DNA of 64,000 nt from Adineta vaga. Taxonomy: Eukaryota; Animalia; Rotifera. The translations under genes and the position numbers were made by a program. Location of the stretch: assembly GCA_021613535.1 (NCBI GenBank), contig CP075492.1, positions 3,968,001 through 4,032,000 on the forward strand. The letters run 5' to 3'. Under the pieces are notes generated by a model. It saw only the letters and a program-made list of their open reading frames with translations, had not been told where the DNA came from and made no database searches. Below, in pieces: positions 25,011 through 37,846 of the stretch. Within the stretch, counting starts at the first letter, position 1; every line of letters begins with the position of its first letter.

Positions 25011-26592
25011 TGTAAGAAACCGATGATAATAATGATGAGGAGGAAAGGGACGAAAATGAATAGGAGGAGGATGATGATGATAAATTTCCACTAGGTCTAC
25101 TTTGATTCGCTAAATCTTAAACTTTTTCTGATAATTTTCCTCACGTTCACAGTTGTTTCACCTTTATACTCTCAATTTCTTTGTAATTATCAATGCCTTG
25201 TAATTATATGTAAAGTTGTTGTTTTTTTGTATCTTTATATTAATAATAAATATGCATTTTGAATGTACCATTTTTTCTTGAATGTAATGAACAAAATGTA
25301 TGATTATATTTATGTAAAGAATAAAAATGAATGAAAGAGAAAGGCAAACAAACAAGTTACATTTATGCTTTATTAGTATTTCCTATCGTCAGACCAATTC
25401 AACGTATTTTCACTATCACTATCTAATAATCATCTGATTCTATTAATAAATTTCATAGAATATATAATAATTTCAGTAGAACTTGTCGATGAGAAATTCA
25501 GATAATATTTAAAAAAATTAATATTCATCGATTGATAATGTATATTGAATTTTAGATAAGTACTTTTGTGAAAGATCACAAAAAGAAAGATTATTATTTT
25601 ATGAATAAAATTTGATGTTAAAAGATAAATGAACATTACATATATACTATTACACGTATTATCGATAAGCATCTACATGAAATACAATGGAATAATAAAA
25701 TAGAAATTAGCCTTTTTACTTATACTTTTCAATTTTCAAATCATCTTCGTATAATGAATCTGAGTTTTACAACTTCATTATACTAAATGAATTAAATAGT
25801 TAACACAACATTAATAATGATTGCTGACAGAAAGTATTGCCATCTGTCACGATCATATTTTCTCTTTGTTTCTTTTCACCGATCCGCATATTTTCTAACT
25901 TATTTCTTTCTTTATCTATCTTATCATTTCTTTCTTTTCTTATGATGGACTTCCATTCCTATTGTTCTTCTCTCGAAATCAATCACCTTTTGACATCTGT
26001 TCATGTTTTAAAATATTTTCTCTATAAGTAGGATATATCTTATACTTATTCATATAAAATAAATTATTCGAATTTTGATAACTTTTCTTGTTAGATAGAT
26101 AACTAGATTTTTTTCTATATTTTTTTTTTCAAATTTCTCTTGAACATTTTATTGAAAATGACAAAATCCCATAATTATTTGTTTCTTTATATGCTTTCCA
26201 ATGAATTCTATCTTTGTTTCTAAAAATATTTCGATTCTTTGTCATTAGATTTAGATTTAAAATTTATTTAATGAAATATTTAGATCGAATAATCATGACA
26301 TCTTTTTTTTTGAGATATTTAGTACGTATTCTTATAAGTATCAAAACATGTTTGAGAGAAACGTTCTTTTCTTGATTAAATTTTGACATAATTTAATTTT
26401 CATTGAGTAGATATATCGTCCAACATTTTCCTTGCCTTATCAATTGAGAGTTGATATTGCTTGTCATCAATGTACTAATGTATCTTTTTCTGTATTAATC
26501 ATTTCTTTTGTTTATTTCAGACTTGTTCTCATTAAACTTAATTGAATATACCTTTTCAATTACAACAGCATTAAAGCCAAAGAAGTATTAAG

Positions 26593-27163
26593 ATGAAAAT
26601 TAAGTTTGTCTCAACATCGGATAACTAACATCACGTTAGTTTCTGTGGTTGCCTTGTTTTTCCGTTAGCGGCTATCACACTCGAATTTCACTACACTCTT
26701 GATAAGTCTTATATGTCAACTGTCGGTTCACCGACGATGAATGTGACATCAAGTATGATACGATCGTTATGTGGCATTCCTTATGAGGAGTGTCTTTGTG
26801 CTGTACAATTAATGAAAAATGAACGTTACAAAGATTGTCTCACTGATTATTTTCTCATGAGCAGTCGTATTTTCATACTATTCTCATTCATAATGCAGAT
26901 TTATCTTATTCGAGATCTTTTTACTTTACGTGGAAAGTATTCTCGTTTTGTTGTTCACATTTTATCGATCATTTCTGTATTTCTATTTTTCATTATTGTA
27001 TATGGTATTGTGCATGGTCTTTGAATTGACCAGCGGGAGGTATATTGATGATTGTCCTCGTAGTAATCATAGTACTGCTGAGGGGCTAGTGGTGGAAGAA
27101 ATTCATGACGAAAACGAGTGTGAGGAAGATGCTGATTGTGAGTTTTCACTGGATCTACTTTGA
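26593..27163 (+). pseudogene. Four-TM Cys-loop protein, copy 4 (disrupted)
   Basis: The ATG at 26593 is followed by TAA at codon 12 (26626-26628). A deletion near 27010 removes QDSCFH and most of TM4 and shifts the frame. The acidic tail ..EFSLDLL* is still readable. Confidence 0.8.
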
Positions 27164-27999
27164 TTCGATAAAAGTTAAATTTGTATTGATAATCTTCTGA
27201 TAAACTGTTCATATTTTTCTTTGTGTTTTCTTCTGTGTGATATATATTCTCTCAAATATTTTGAATGATGATCAAAATTAAATTGTAAAATGAAAAGATA
27301 TCATTTATTTTCTAATTGATGAATACTGAATGCATTAACAAACCAAATGTTTCTCTGAATATTTTAGTTATCTAAAGAAAAATAAACTTTTATCATATAA
27401 AACTCTTTATTATACTTTTCATGAAGTAAATTATTTTTTCGAAAATTGAAAATATCTTTTAGTTTTTTCAGTAAAAGATAAATCACTATGAGCATCTGAA
27501 GAATTTCTTATTCGGTTATCATTAGTGTAATCAATGAAATTAGTATTGAATTTCTCAATATCAATATAGCATTATTTTCGATTATATTATATCGGATTAA
27601 AACGTTTGTTTTTATTGGTTGTTCAGTTGAACCAATGGAAATCTATCAATAGTTTGAAAGAAAGAGAAATCATCTGATCTACTATTATTCTGTAAAAAAA
27701 AAGAAATACTACTGCGTCAGTAAACAACATTTATGAGTGTATTTATTTCATTCTTATTGTAAGTTTGAAAAAATACAGAATAAGAGAAGAAAAGAAAACG
27801 TTGTTTTTTTGTTGTTTATAAAAACTACTCGTCAACGTAAAAATAGATGAAAAAAAGCGTAGTGTTGTTAAGGTTAAATCAAATAAATATATTTTTAGAT
27901 TATTTGGAAGTTTTAATGTGTAAGATTGATGGTAAAATAATTATTTGAGATGTATGTCAGATAAAAAAAACAAATATCATCTGCAAAAAAGAAAAGAAG

Positions 28000-30900
28000 A
28001 TGTCAGATGAAATAAATTCTTTGTCAAATACAACTCCTGCTAATCAAGCATTACTCATCAATCGATCTGAAGTAAGTTATTTTTTTCTTAGATCGTAAAC
28101 GAAACATGAACTGTATATTTTTCTCTATGAAAGAATGAAGCAACTGATCTGGCTGTATGTGTCGAAGGTGCATGGAAAAATTATGGTTATTGGTGGAAAT
28201 CAATGACAGCTTTACATGATGTAACACTGCGTGTTCCAGTAGGAGTTATGTAAGTTATTCTATTCGAAATATTGAATAAAAAAAGGAAGATGATCATGTT
28301 ATTTTCATATGTAGCTATGGTTTATTAGGTCCATCAGGATGTGGAAAAACAACTTTGCTGAGATGTATTGTTGGTCGTTTACAACTTAATCGTGGCAGAA
28401 TTTTAGTACTTGGAGATCGACCAGGTGCTCGAGGACATCAAGTACCTGGACGTGATGTTGGTTTTATGCCACAAGAAACTGCACTCTACAAAGATTTTTC
28501 AATATCTGAAATGCTTCATTATTTTGGTCATCTTCATAATATGAATAGAAAAGATATATTATCACGAGAGAAATTTCTTCTTTCATTTCTTGATTTACCT
28601 TCTCGTTCAAAAAAGATCTCACAATTAAGGTTTAAATAAATATTTCAATTAATTAATTAATTCTTTATTTTTATTTGATTTAGTGGTGGTCAACAACGTC
28701 GTGTATCATTAGCATGTGCGTTACTTCAACAGCCACAATTATTATTACTTGATGAACCAACTGTTGGTGTTGATCCACTACTCAGAGAAAAGTTCGCATT
28801 TGTTTCATATCAAATAATTCATTTTTCGTTTTTATTATAGAATTTGGAGTCATCTCATTCATATTTCTAAGACAAGTCATACAACAATTATCATAACAAC
28901 TCACTATATTGAAGAAGCAAGAAAAGCTAATCGAGTAAATCAATATTGATCGTTCTTTGTATTGTTCAATGAACGATTTATCTTTTAGGTGGGTCTAATG
29001 CGAAGTGGTCGAATGTTGGCTGAAGATGAACCAACACGTTTATTAATCAAATATAATCAAACGGTTTGTTATTTTATTTGAATAAGAGAATTATTTGTCA
29101 ATAAAAATATGAATTTTAGAGTTTAGAAAATGTCTTTCTTGACTTATGTCGTACAGATCAAAATCGTATTCAGCAAAGTCCTAAGAACAGTAAAGAGAAT
29201 AATGCTCAAACTGATAATAATGATGATCTGGAAAATAAACAGTCATCTGATCTTGATGTGACCAATGGAGAAACTCCACATTCACAAATTCGCAAAAAAG
29301 AACTAGTAAAAAATCGTAAGTCTAAAATAATAATTTTGATTTTTCAATAATGATATTTTCGTTTCTTTGCAGCGGTCCTACGCGCAAAACGAGCAGCAGT
29401 TGATTGTTGTATTTGTCCTAAAATGCATAAGATTTATGCATCTATGGTCAAAGATTTAACAATGATTAAAAGAAGCATTGGGTAAATTTTGAATATTAAC
29501 CGATATATATATTTCATACAACGAACTTTTGATTTTTGTTTTCAGATTTTTAATTTTTCAATTTTTCATTCCTGTTGTACAAATTTCACTTTTTTGTCTT
29601 TGTATTGGCCGTAAGTAACATTGTATTATTTATGGATATCTGTTGAAAAACATATTTTTAGGTGATCCTCAACATATTCCTATGGCACTTCATAATAGTG
29701 AAGCAGTAAGTGGATTTCCTACAGGAAATTTAAGCTTACAACTTCTTAGTAAAATTGATCCCGATCAAATTTATTTTGTAAGTAAATCAATTCGTTGATT
29801 GAATGAAGTTTCATTTGAATTATTTTCAGACACCTTTTAATGACTTGAGTAGAGCTATTGATGGTGTTAAAGAAGGTCATTATTGGGGCGTTGCAGTAAT
29901 TAGGTACAATTTTTCACAAGCAATTAGGCATAAGTATGTTGTTTATATTTAATGAATAATTTTCGTTCAGTTTATTTTTGTGTTAAAGATTAATTTCAAT
30001 GAAAACTGATCCAGCAACTTTGAATGCGTCATCAATTCATTTATATCTTGACATGACAAGTAAGTTATTTGATAAAACAAGGATTGTACTCTTCTATGTG
30101 ATTCTCCATCCGACCGGTAGTTTAGGAAAATAGAAGTATCGATTCGATTTTTGAATGACGTGCGGGGTGTATACGGAAAGAAGAAGATAGTATGTCCAAG
30201 GATATCCTAGACATACGATACAACGAAATCTTTTCTAGATTTTCAAACTTGATGTTTTCTTTTTCTTCATTTAGATCAACAAGTCTCTTTTGTAATGCAA
30301 AATGTTATGTTGAGAAGCACTCAACTATTCTTAAGAGATGTTCTATCAGAACATAAAGTCGATCCAGCATTAGCTGATCCTCCTGTCATTGTAGAAAATC
30401 CGATCTATGGATCAAAAGTTCGAAACTTTCTCAATTTTGCTGCACCGGGAATGATGATATCAATCATATTCTTCTTAGCTATCGGTTTAACAGCATTAAT
30501 ATTTGTTGTAGAGAAGAAAGAAGGTCTTCTTGAACGCAGTTGGATTGCAGGTGTAACAACTGTTGAAGTCATGCTTGCTCATATAATTGTCAAATTTTTC
30601 ATTCAATTTATTCAAATTATTTTAATGATTGTTTTTGCTGATATTATTTTTCAAGTTTGCTTTTGTATTGAAAGGAAGATTGTTTTTCTACTGAAATTTA
30701 TTTTTGTTCGTAGGTCAAAATTGAAGGTCCCGTTATATTAGCAATGGCATTAATATTTCTTCAAGGTATTTGTGGAATGAGTTATGGTAAGAGAACAGAA
30801 CGAATGAATTGAAAGACGATATATATTTAATTATTTATATATTTCTAAAGGCTTATTAATATCGGCAATGTGTGAACAAGAAGTTGAAGTAATGGAAGTA

Positions 30901-31259
30901 GCATTAGGAAGTGTCTTTCCAATATTGCTCAGCTCAGGTGAATTTATTTCAAATGAGAGTCATCGTTGTATTATAATTAGTTTTTCTTTAGGTGTGATAT
31001 GGCCAGCAGAAGGAATGCCACCTATCATGCGTTTTCTGAGTAATTTTACTCCATTAACACATGTTGTCGAAGCAATGCGTTGTATTGTTTCTCGAGGTAA
31101 ATTTAATTATTACCAGGGATATCTTAATCGTACAATTTATATGATTTTTTAGCATGGACATTGGTTTATTTTAAAGTATGGTTTGGGTTTGTTATTTCTG
31201 GTGCGTGGACATGTGGCTTTTTCGCTTTAGCTGCTATACTCTTTGCTCTTCGGAAATAA
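28000..31259 (+). CDS. ABC half-transporter, ABCH-like (NBD followed by ABC-2 type TMD), multi-exon
   Basis: [113 protein letters not shown]. Confidence 0.9.
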
Positions 31260-32987
31260 ATTTACTCTAGTCGTCTTGTATGTTTGTTTCTCTCTTGTTC
31301 TTACCTATTTCACTTTCATTGTATCCTCAAATTTAATTGAAATAAAATTTATGTCTTTACAATAGATCACTTATAATTAAAAAATGCTTATGAAAACAAG
31401 AAAAACATTAGACTGTACAGAATCTAACAAGTTCGTATCTATGAACATAGACATATCTATTAATCATTCAATTATTATCCATTAGCAAATAATAAATCTG
31501 AATGAATGTTTGCACATGAACTAAGAGATCATTTTCACTGCAACTGTCTGTATACACTTACTGAGAAATCAGTAGAACAATAAATAAAAAGTTCTTCCTG
31601 CACCTCTCTTATCTTACGTCAGTGAGTAGTATCAAATATATTTTCTGTACCACATAAGAAGAACAAATTCTCTGTATTCATTTTTGTTCTATAGAAAATG
31701 AAGTTTCTTACACGCATACAGTATTTATTTGACTTTCGATACAATTATCTTCAAGATGTGCCATTTATTGCGCTCATGAAGATACTTTTCTTGCAAAATC
31801 TTTCGTAATTTTTTGTTATTGAGTCTGTAAGTTCAATTCTTGTAACTTTATCTTCTTCTCTTGCTTCGTTAGTTTTCATCGAGAGCAAAAGATCGTCTAT
31901 TTCTTTTAAGAAATTGATTACATCTTAAGTCATAATAGCGCGTTCGTATGTTGGCTTGGTAAGCGAATACCATATACGATACAACACTGACACAAACAAG
32001 AATTTTCATATATCATATCGAAATTTTGATTCATACTGTGAGTACAAAACTACTTTAATATACTTCAAAAACTTATTCATATAATCGTTACTCGAAAAAA
32101 AAACAATAAAAATGAATTATTGTAGTCAATTAGACTAGTGATAGAATTTCAGTTAAAATGCAATTCGTATCAAATGTGTAGGTGTATATGTAAGACGAAG
32201 ATGATGTTTTTCAAGGTAACGAATATAAAATTGTATTTCATAGCAAATGCAAAGAAACAATTATTAAATCTTCAAACGATGCATTGATCAGCAAGATCTC
32301 AAGGGAATGTTCGTATGTAAGTTATGTTTCACACAACACGCGACGATAATCTTATTCCACAACTCAATACTGTTACAGAGAAGCTGGAGAACAATACAAC
32401 AAAATTGTGATCAAGTTGATAAAGTCGAGGAGTTAGATACTCGAGACTCATTTTCTGTTTCTTTAATGATTGCATATAAAAATAGATGCACATGGCTTGT
32501 GTATGTCATTGCATTTCTGTAGTGAAACTAAAATAAGCTTTTGAGAAGAATACGTCATCAAAGATTTAGATTTTTTTTCCACTTGTTGATTTGTTTTGAA
32601 AGAACCTTGTGACAAAGACGCAATATTCAAAGAATGATTAAACTATTCTTTTTTTTCTCAATCGATAGAAAATTATGTTTTCAAATTTATTTCGGACAAT
32701 TTGACAACTTATTTCCGGAACTACGTTCATTTTATCTGTTAGATTTGTTTAATGTAGAGACTAACACAGCAACGGATGTATGCTTGAAAAGAATATGATG
32801 GATCAATAATGATTGTAAAGGAAAAACTGTTCAACAAGCGTGTAATTAGTTGATATCTAATGCCCTCTATTGATTTTCCTATAGATTGGCTGAGAAAATG
32901 ATCAGCAGATGATAGACAGGAATTATATTTATATCAAATAAATACATCAACAGATATAGATAAAAAATAACGATAATCTCATAGAAA

Positions 32988-35900
32988 ATGAATGAAAATA
33001 GAACAGAAATGACTGATATTAAGAACAAAGTAAATAATTTTGATCAGTCAGATGAGAGAAGGTAAAGAACAGAATCTTATTCTTATGCGAAATAAAAACC
33101 GAAAATTTTCATTTAGAGAATCTTCTCGAGTATGGACAATTCGTTCATATTTGTTTTTGTTATGTCTGATAGTTCTATCACAATCAATGATATCATCTGG
33201 TTACATCGGTTCGATAGTTTCTTCATTAGAACGTTATTATGGTTTCTCAACGTCACGTTTAGGAGTAGCTTTTAGTAGTTATGATATTATGGGAGTATTA
33301 TCCATCCCATTGGTATCGTATTTTGGTTCACAAAATAATCGACCGAGAATCGTTGCTTTTGGTGCTTTATTGTTTGCCATTGGAAATATTTTATTTATTT
33401 TACCTTATTTTATTAACGGTTACGAAAAGGAAACAACAGCTAATACATCAAATCAAACAAGCGAACATCTATGTCAAACAAATGCTTCAAATCCACAAAT
33501 TTATTCTCGTGATCCATGTTCAGTATTATCAACTGCAAAGATTTTATCTCATCTAACACCCAATTTAATGGATAAACATATATCAAGTACATATGTAACA
33601 CCACAACCACCATGGACTTATTATATTCTAATATTAGCTATGATCACTATGTCCATTGGTGCAAGTCCATTTTATACATTAGGAATTACATTTTTAACGG
33701 ATCATTTAAATAAAGATGATCAAGCAATTTGTACAAGTAAGTTTAAAATCGTATTGTATTCATTTCTTTTTTTCTTATTTAATTTATTCAAATGAAAAAT
33801 AATAACGAAACAAAACGATATTTTTCTCTTTCCCTAGATTCAAAAAAAAACATTGAAATTGAGGTAAAATAATAGAATAATGTAAATAAAAATAACATCA
33901 TTAATCGCTGCTTTTAATTATGCTTTAATACTTTGGGGTTCTTTTCTAAAGCTCATCTTTAGCATATGTATGTTGATGAGGTCCATCTATATGGTGACGC
34001 ATTGGCGCACGAAGATAGATTACTCGATGATCTTCATCGGGTAATTTATCGTCATCTATTGTTTGAGCACAACGAAATGATAAATTTTCTGCGCTGTAAT
34101 CAGGACGAAATCCTTTTCTTGTACTTATTCTTACTTGAAGATGATCCGTTTTCGTATCACCATCACGTGTATCAGTAAATGATCCGCCTTTTACTGAAAA
34201 CCGATCGGTAGGATCATGTTCACTATCATAATCATAATATCTAAAATAAATGCAACAAAATATTAGTTTGAGAAGAAAATTGAAAATAACAATCGTACTT
34301 AGTTAATGTCCATTCCCAAGTATTACCAAGCATATCATACATTTGATATTTATTTTGAGCAGGAAAAGCATCCACCGGTGCTAAACGTTCAAATCCATCT
34401 CGTACTTGATTTTCAAATGGAAAATCTCCTTGCCATAGGTTAGCTCGTTTTATTTCCCAATCATCTCCCCAAGGATAAGGAGCTGAATCTAAGCCACCAC
34501 GTGCAGCATATTCCCATTCAATTTCTGTTGGAAGTCTCATACCTTTCCAAGTACAATATGCTTGAGCATCATGCCAGGACACATGAGTTACCGGATACGA
34601 TAAACGATCACGTATGTCAATCATTTTACCTTCAGGACGATTCCATCGAATATCTTCAATAGCAATAAAACCTTCATCCTAATGATAGATTTCATTAGAT
34701 TATTGCTTTTTTTATATAAAAAAGAACAAACTTCTGATGGAATATTAACAATAGATTTATTCTTTGGATTTCCTAAGACGAAACTAAAACCTTTTTTTTC
34801 TGCTTCCGTTCGATAACGAATTTTGTCTTGAGTATAACGACGAAATGCTGAAATAGTTACTGGATATTGAAAAATTCTTAATTAAATACAGAAAGAAAAA
34901 CATAGGAAAATAATTATTTAATGAGAAAAAAACAATTTTATCTCTACCTAAATGATCGTGTACGTGCTAGTTTAGCTGGAAATTCCATATTGATTCCTTC
35001 AGGATCATTTATACCCATATAGAAAGAACCTCCTCGAAGTTCAACAAATGATTCCAAATAACGATGTTGATTAACTAAATCATCAAGATCTTGACAGTGA
35101 ATGAAAAGCGGAAGGATGAAAATAATTGGCCACATCGTTGATATATTTTACGTGAAGTGACAGATTGTTTCAAAATATGAATAATTTATGAATAGATAAA
35201 GAGTGGTATCAGCTGTTGTTTTAGGTATACTTTATGGAATGGTTGCATTAGGACCTGCCCTTGGTTTTTTAATGGGTTCTGCGCTTCTTTCGAAATGGAT
35301 TAATATTGGTCGAAATGAATTTCCAAATGGAATAACAACAAATGATCCTCGTTGGATTGGTCGATGGTGGGCTGGTTTTCTCGTATCAGCAAGTTCATTA
35401 ACCATTCTTTCATTTCTTCTTTGTACATTTCCTGCGAAATTATCTCGAGATATTAATCAGACAACACAATCGATAGATAGGACTCAATCAACAGATTCTG
35501 TTTGTGCACTTGGCCAAGCTGCAACACGTCGTCATACTTTACCAAAATTATCACATCCAACTCAATGTAAAGTCGTATGTCAAATATCGAAACTGAAAGG
35601 TTTGATGTTTTGTATTTGATAATTGAAATAGAAAAAAAGGATTTTTTTCTTCATAGATATATTAACAAGTATAGTGGATCTTTTAATGAATTTTACATAT
35701 CTTTTAATTGTTTTAATCAATTCAGTTGAAAGTGTAAGTTGTCTTGAGAAGAGAATTCAATTTTTGAATAAATAAATTCATATGTCAATTTAGATACTTG
35801 TTGTATCATTTACAACATTTATGGTCAAATACATCGAATCTGTATTTAATTTATCATCATCATTATCGAGTACTTTAACCGGTTCAATTGTTGTACCAGC

Positions 35901-36825
35901 TGCTGTATTTGGTACATTTACTGGCGGATATTTAGTTCGTCGTTTTCATATGGGTATTCTTCAATGTATAAAAATGATTTTGATTGCTTGTACAATATCT
36001 TGGCTTGGTTTAATTGCACTTTTATTTCTTAAATGTCAATCAGTAACGAGATATCAAAATGATACATCATGTTCAAAATTGTGTCATTGTTCTCCACATG
36101 TGTATGAACCGGTTTGTTATCAAGAACAAGTTACTTATCTTTCACCGTGTCATGCCGGTTGTACAAATATGAATGGGGCAGTAAGATATTTTTTGAAAAA
36201 GTTTTCTTTCATCTAATCTAATCTTATCTTTATTATATGTGAATAGGATTACTCAAATTGTACATGTTTACCATCTAATCAAAATGTTCGTTCAGGCTCA
36301 TGTCAAAATGCATGTTTTACAGAAACATTTATATTTTTATCAATATTATTTATTGTAACTTTCTTTCAAACTTTGATGGCAACTCCACAATTAATGATAA
36401 TTCTACGTTCAGTTCAGCATGAATTACAATCGTTTGGTTTAGGTTTAGAGAATTGTATCATGAAAATTTTTGCACAAATTCCTGCACCTATTCTCTTTGG
36501 AATTATTATCGATAATCAATGTTTATTTTGGTCACAAGCGACATGTGATCGTCGAGGATCATGTTTTTTATATAATGGAGATCGACTTCCATTTACATTG
36601 TTCGGTACAGCGATTATCGTCAAAGGAATTTCATTTTGTTTGTTGATTATTTTACTTGTTATGACAATAAGACAGTATAGGATACCAAATCGTGCATCAT
36701 CTTCATCTACTACTACTGCTGCTGCGACTACTGTTGCATCTGTTCCTCCTTCTCATTCTGCTGCTTCTTCTCGGATAGCTCAAGCTTTAGAACAAGAAGA
36801 TCCTCTAATTATTTCGCCCTCTTAG
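32988..36825 (+). CDS. Organic anion transporting polypeptide (OATP/SLCO family), multi-exon
   Basis: SSLERYYGFSTSRLG..SSYDI, VSYFGSQNNRPRIVAFG, LGPALGFLMG, DPRWIGRWWAGFL (OATP signature), Kazal-like CHCSPHVYEPVC..YLSPCHAGC, IPAPILFGIIIDNQCLFW. Confidence 0.93.
33946..35135 (-). CDS. SUMF2: Formylglycine-generating-enzyme paralogue (SUMF2/pFGE-like), nested antisense in an OATP intron; 4 exons
   Basis: Signal peptide MWPIIFILPLFIHCQ; GGSFYMG; PVTHVSWHDAQAYCTWKGMRLPTEIEWEYAARGG; DMLGNTWEWT; KGGSFTDTRDG (lacks the SUMF1 catalytic Cys pair); ENLSFRCA; ends AKDEL*. Confidence 0.88.
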
Positions 36826-37846
36826 TCAATTAAATCTCTTCCATTTGTGAATCTCATTATTTTATCATTTAGATTTTTTTTTCTTCTTTTTCTTTGTTTT
36901 GTATCTATATAAATTACATCTGATAAAGCCTTATAATTATTTAAATAAATGAATAAATAAATGTTTTACCCAATAAACTGGCATATCATTTACCATGAGT
37001 ACTTATATTGGACCCATATTAAAATAGAATTTATAATAAAAATATGTTCATTAATACAATCTTTAAGATCATATTACTGGATAGTATACACAATTATATA
37101 AGACGAAAAGCATAGTTTTGTTTTGTAATAGAAGTGTAAAGAACAATGGAATGACCATAGTTATACTTTGATTGATTGAGATAAAATAAAGATAGAAGAT
37201 AAATGTATTCGTGCCAATCTGATAAAAAATTCATTCGATTCGATAGACATGTCATTAAAAGAATTCTGTTGACCAGCAATCGAACGAATATTTTATTTTA
37301 AAACCCTTGTATATGTATACCGCATGAATGATCATAATAAAATTCAAATATTCCTGTTCATATGCTATCAAAATCTTTATAGAAGCCGAAGCTCTTTAAT
37401 TTCCCTTAGTTATGCATTTCTGCTTGATATATTATAAAATTTAAATTAATTTCTCTCTTCACTTATTTTGAATAATAGGAAAAATGCACGGCTTTTCCTC
37501 CAACGGATATAGTCTAGAATATTCATCTCTATATATAAATACAGCTTTTTCTTCGAGCTTTCCTCCATCAACGCAAAAATGACGTGCTATACTATTTTTT
37601 TATATCAAACAATACAACGATTGCTATTTTAAATAAAACTAATTATAACTAAAAAGCAATAGATTTATATATAAAAAATCAGTATGAAATTTAATGACTT
37701 AAAACCTCCATAGTTATATAAATAACAACAGATGAAATCGACTAATCGATCAAACAACCGAATTTGTCAGAAAAATCGATCATTTATTGCGATTAATCCC
37801 ATGACTACCATATTTTGGCATGTTAGAATCTAATAATAATCTTTCA

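Larger units (their letters stand above)
17690..27540 (+). repeat. Tandem duplication of a ~5-kb two-gene unit (about 17690-22830 and 22835-27540)
   Basis: Paralogous flanks (17694/22837, 20005-20357/25080-25432, 22704/27485) and gene spacing 19392->24444 and 21640->26593. Boundaries approximate. Confidence 0.85.

Noticed and set aside
20089-25355. Identical 63-aa minus-strand ORFs (20089..20280, 25164..25355) as antisense partner/antidote genes
   Set aside because: Non-ATG start and low-complexity AT-rich 3' flank; their identity is explained by the conversion tract.
31400-32000. Possible decayed minus-strand gene between ABCH and OATP
   Set aside because: Short protein-like stretches broken by stops; no family assignable.
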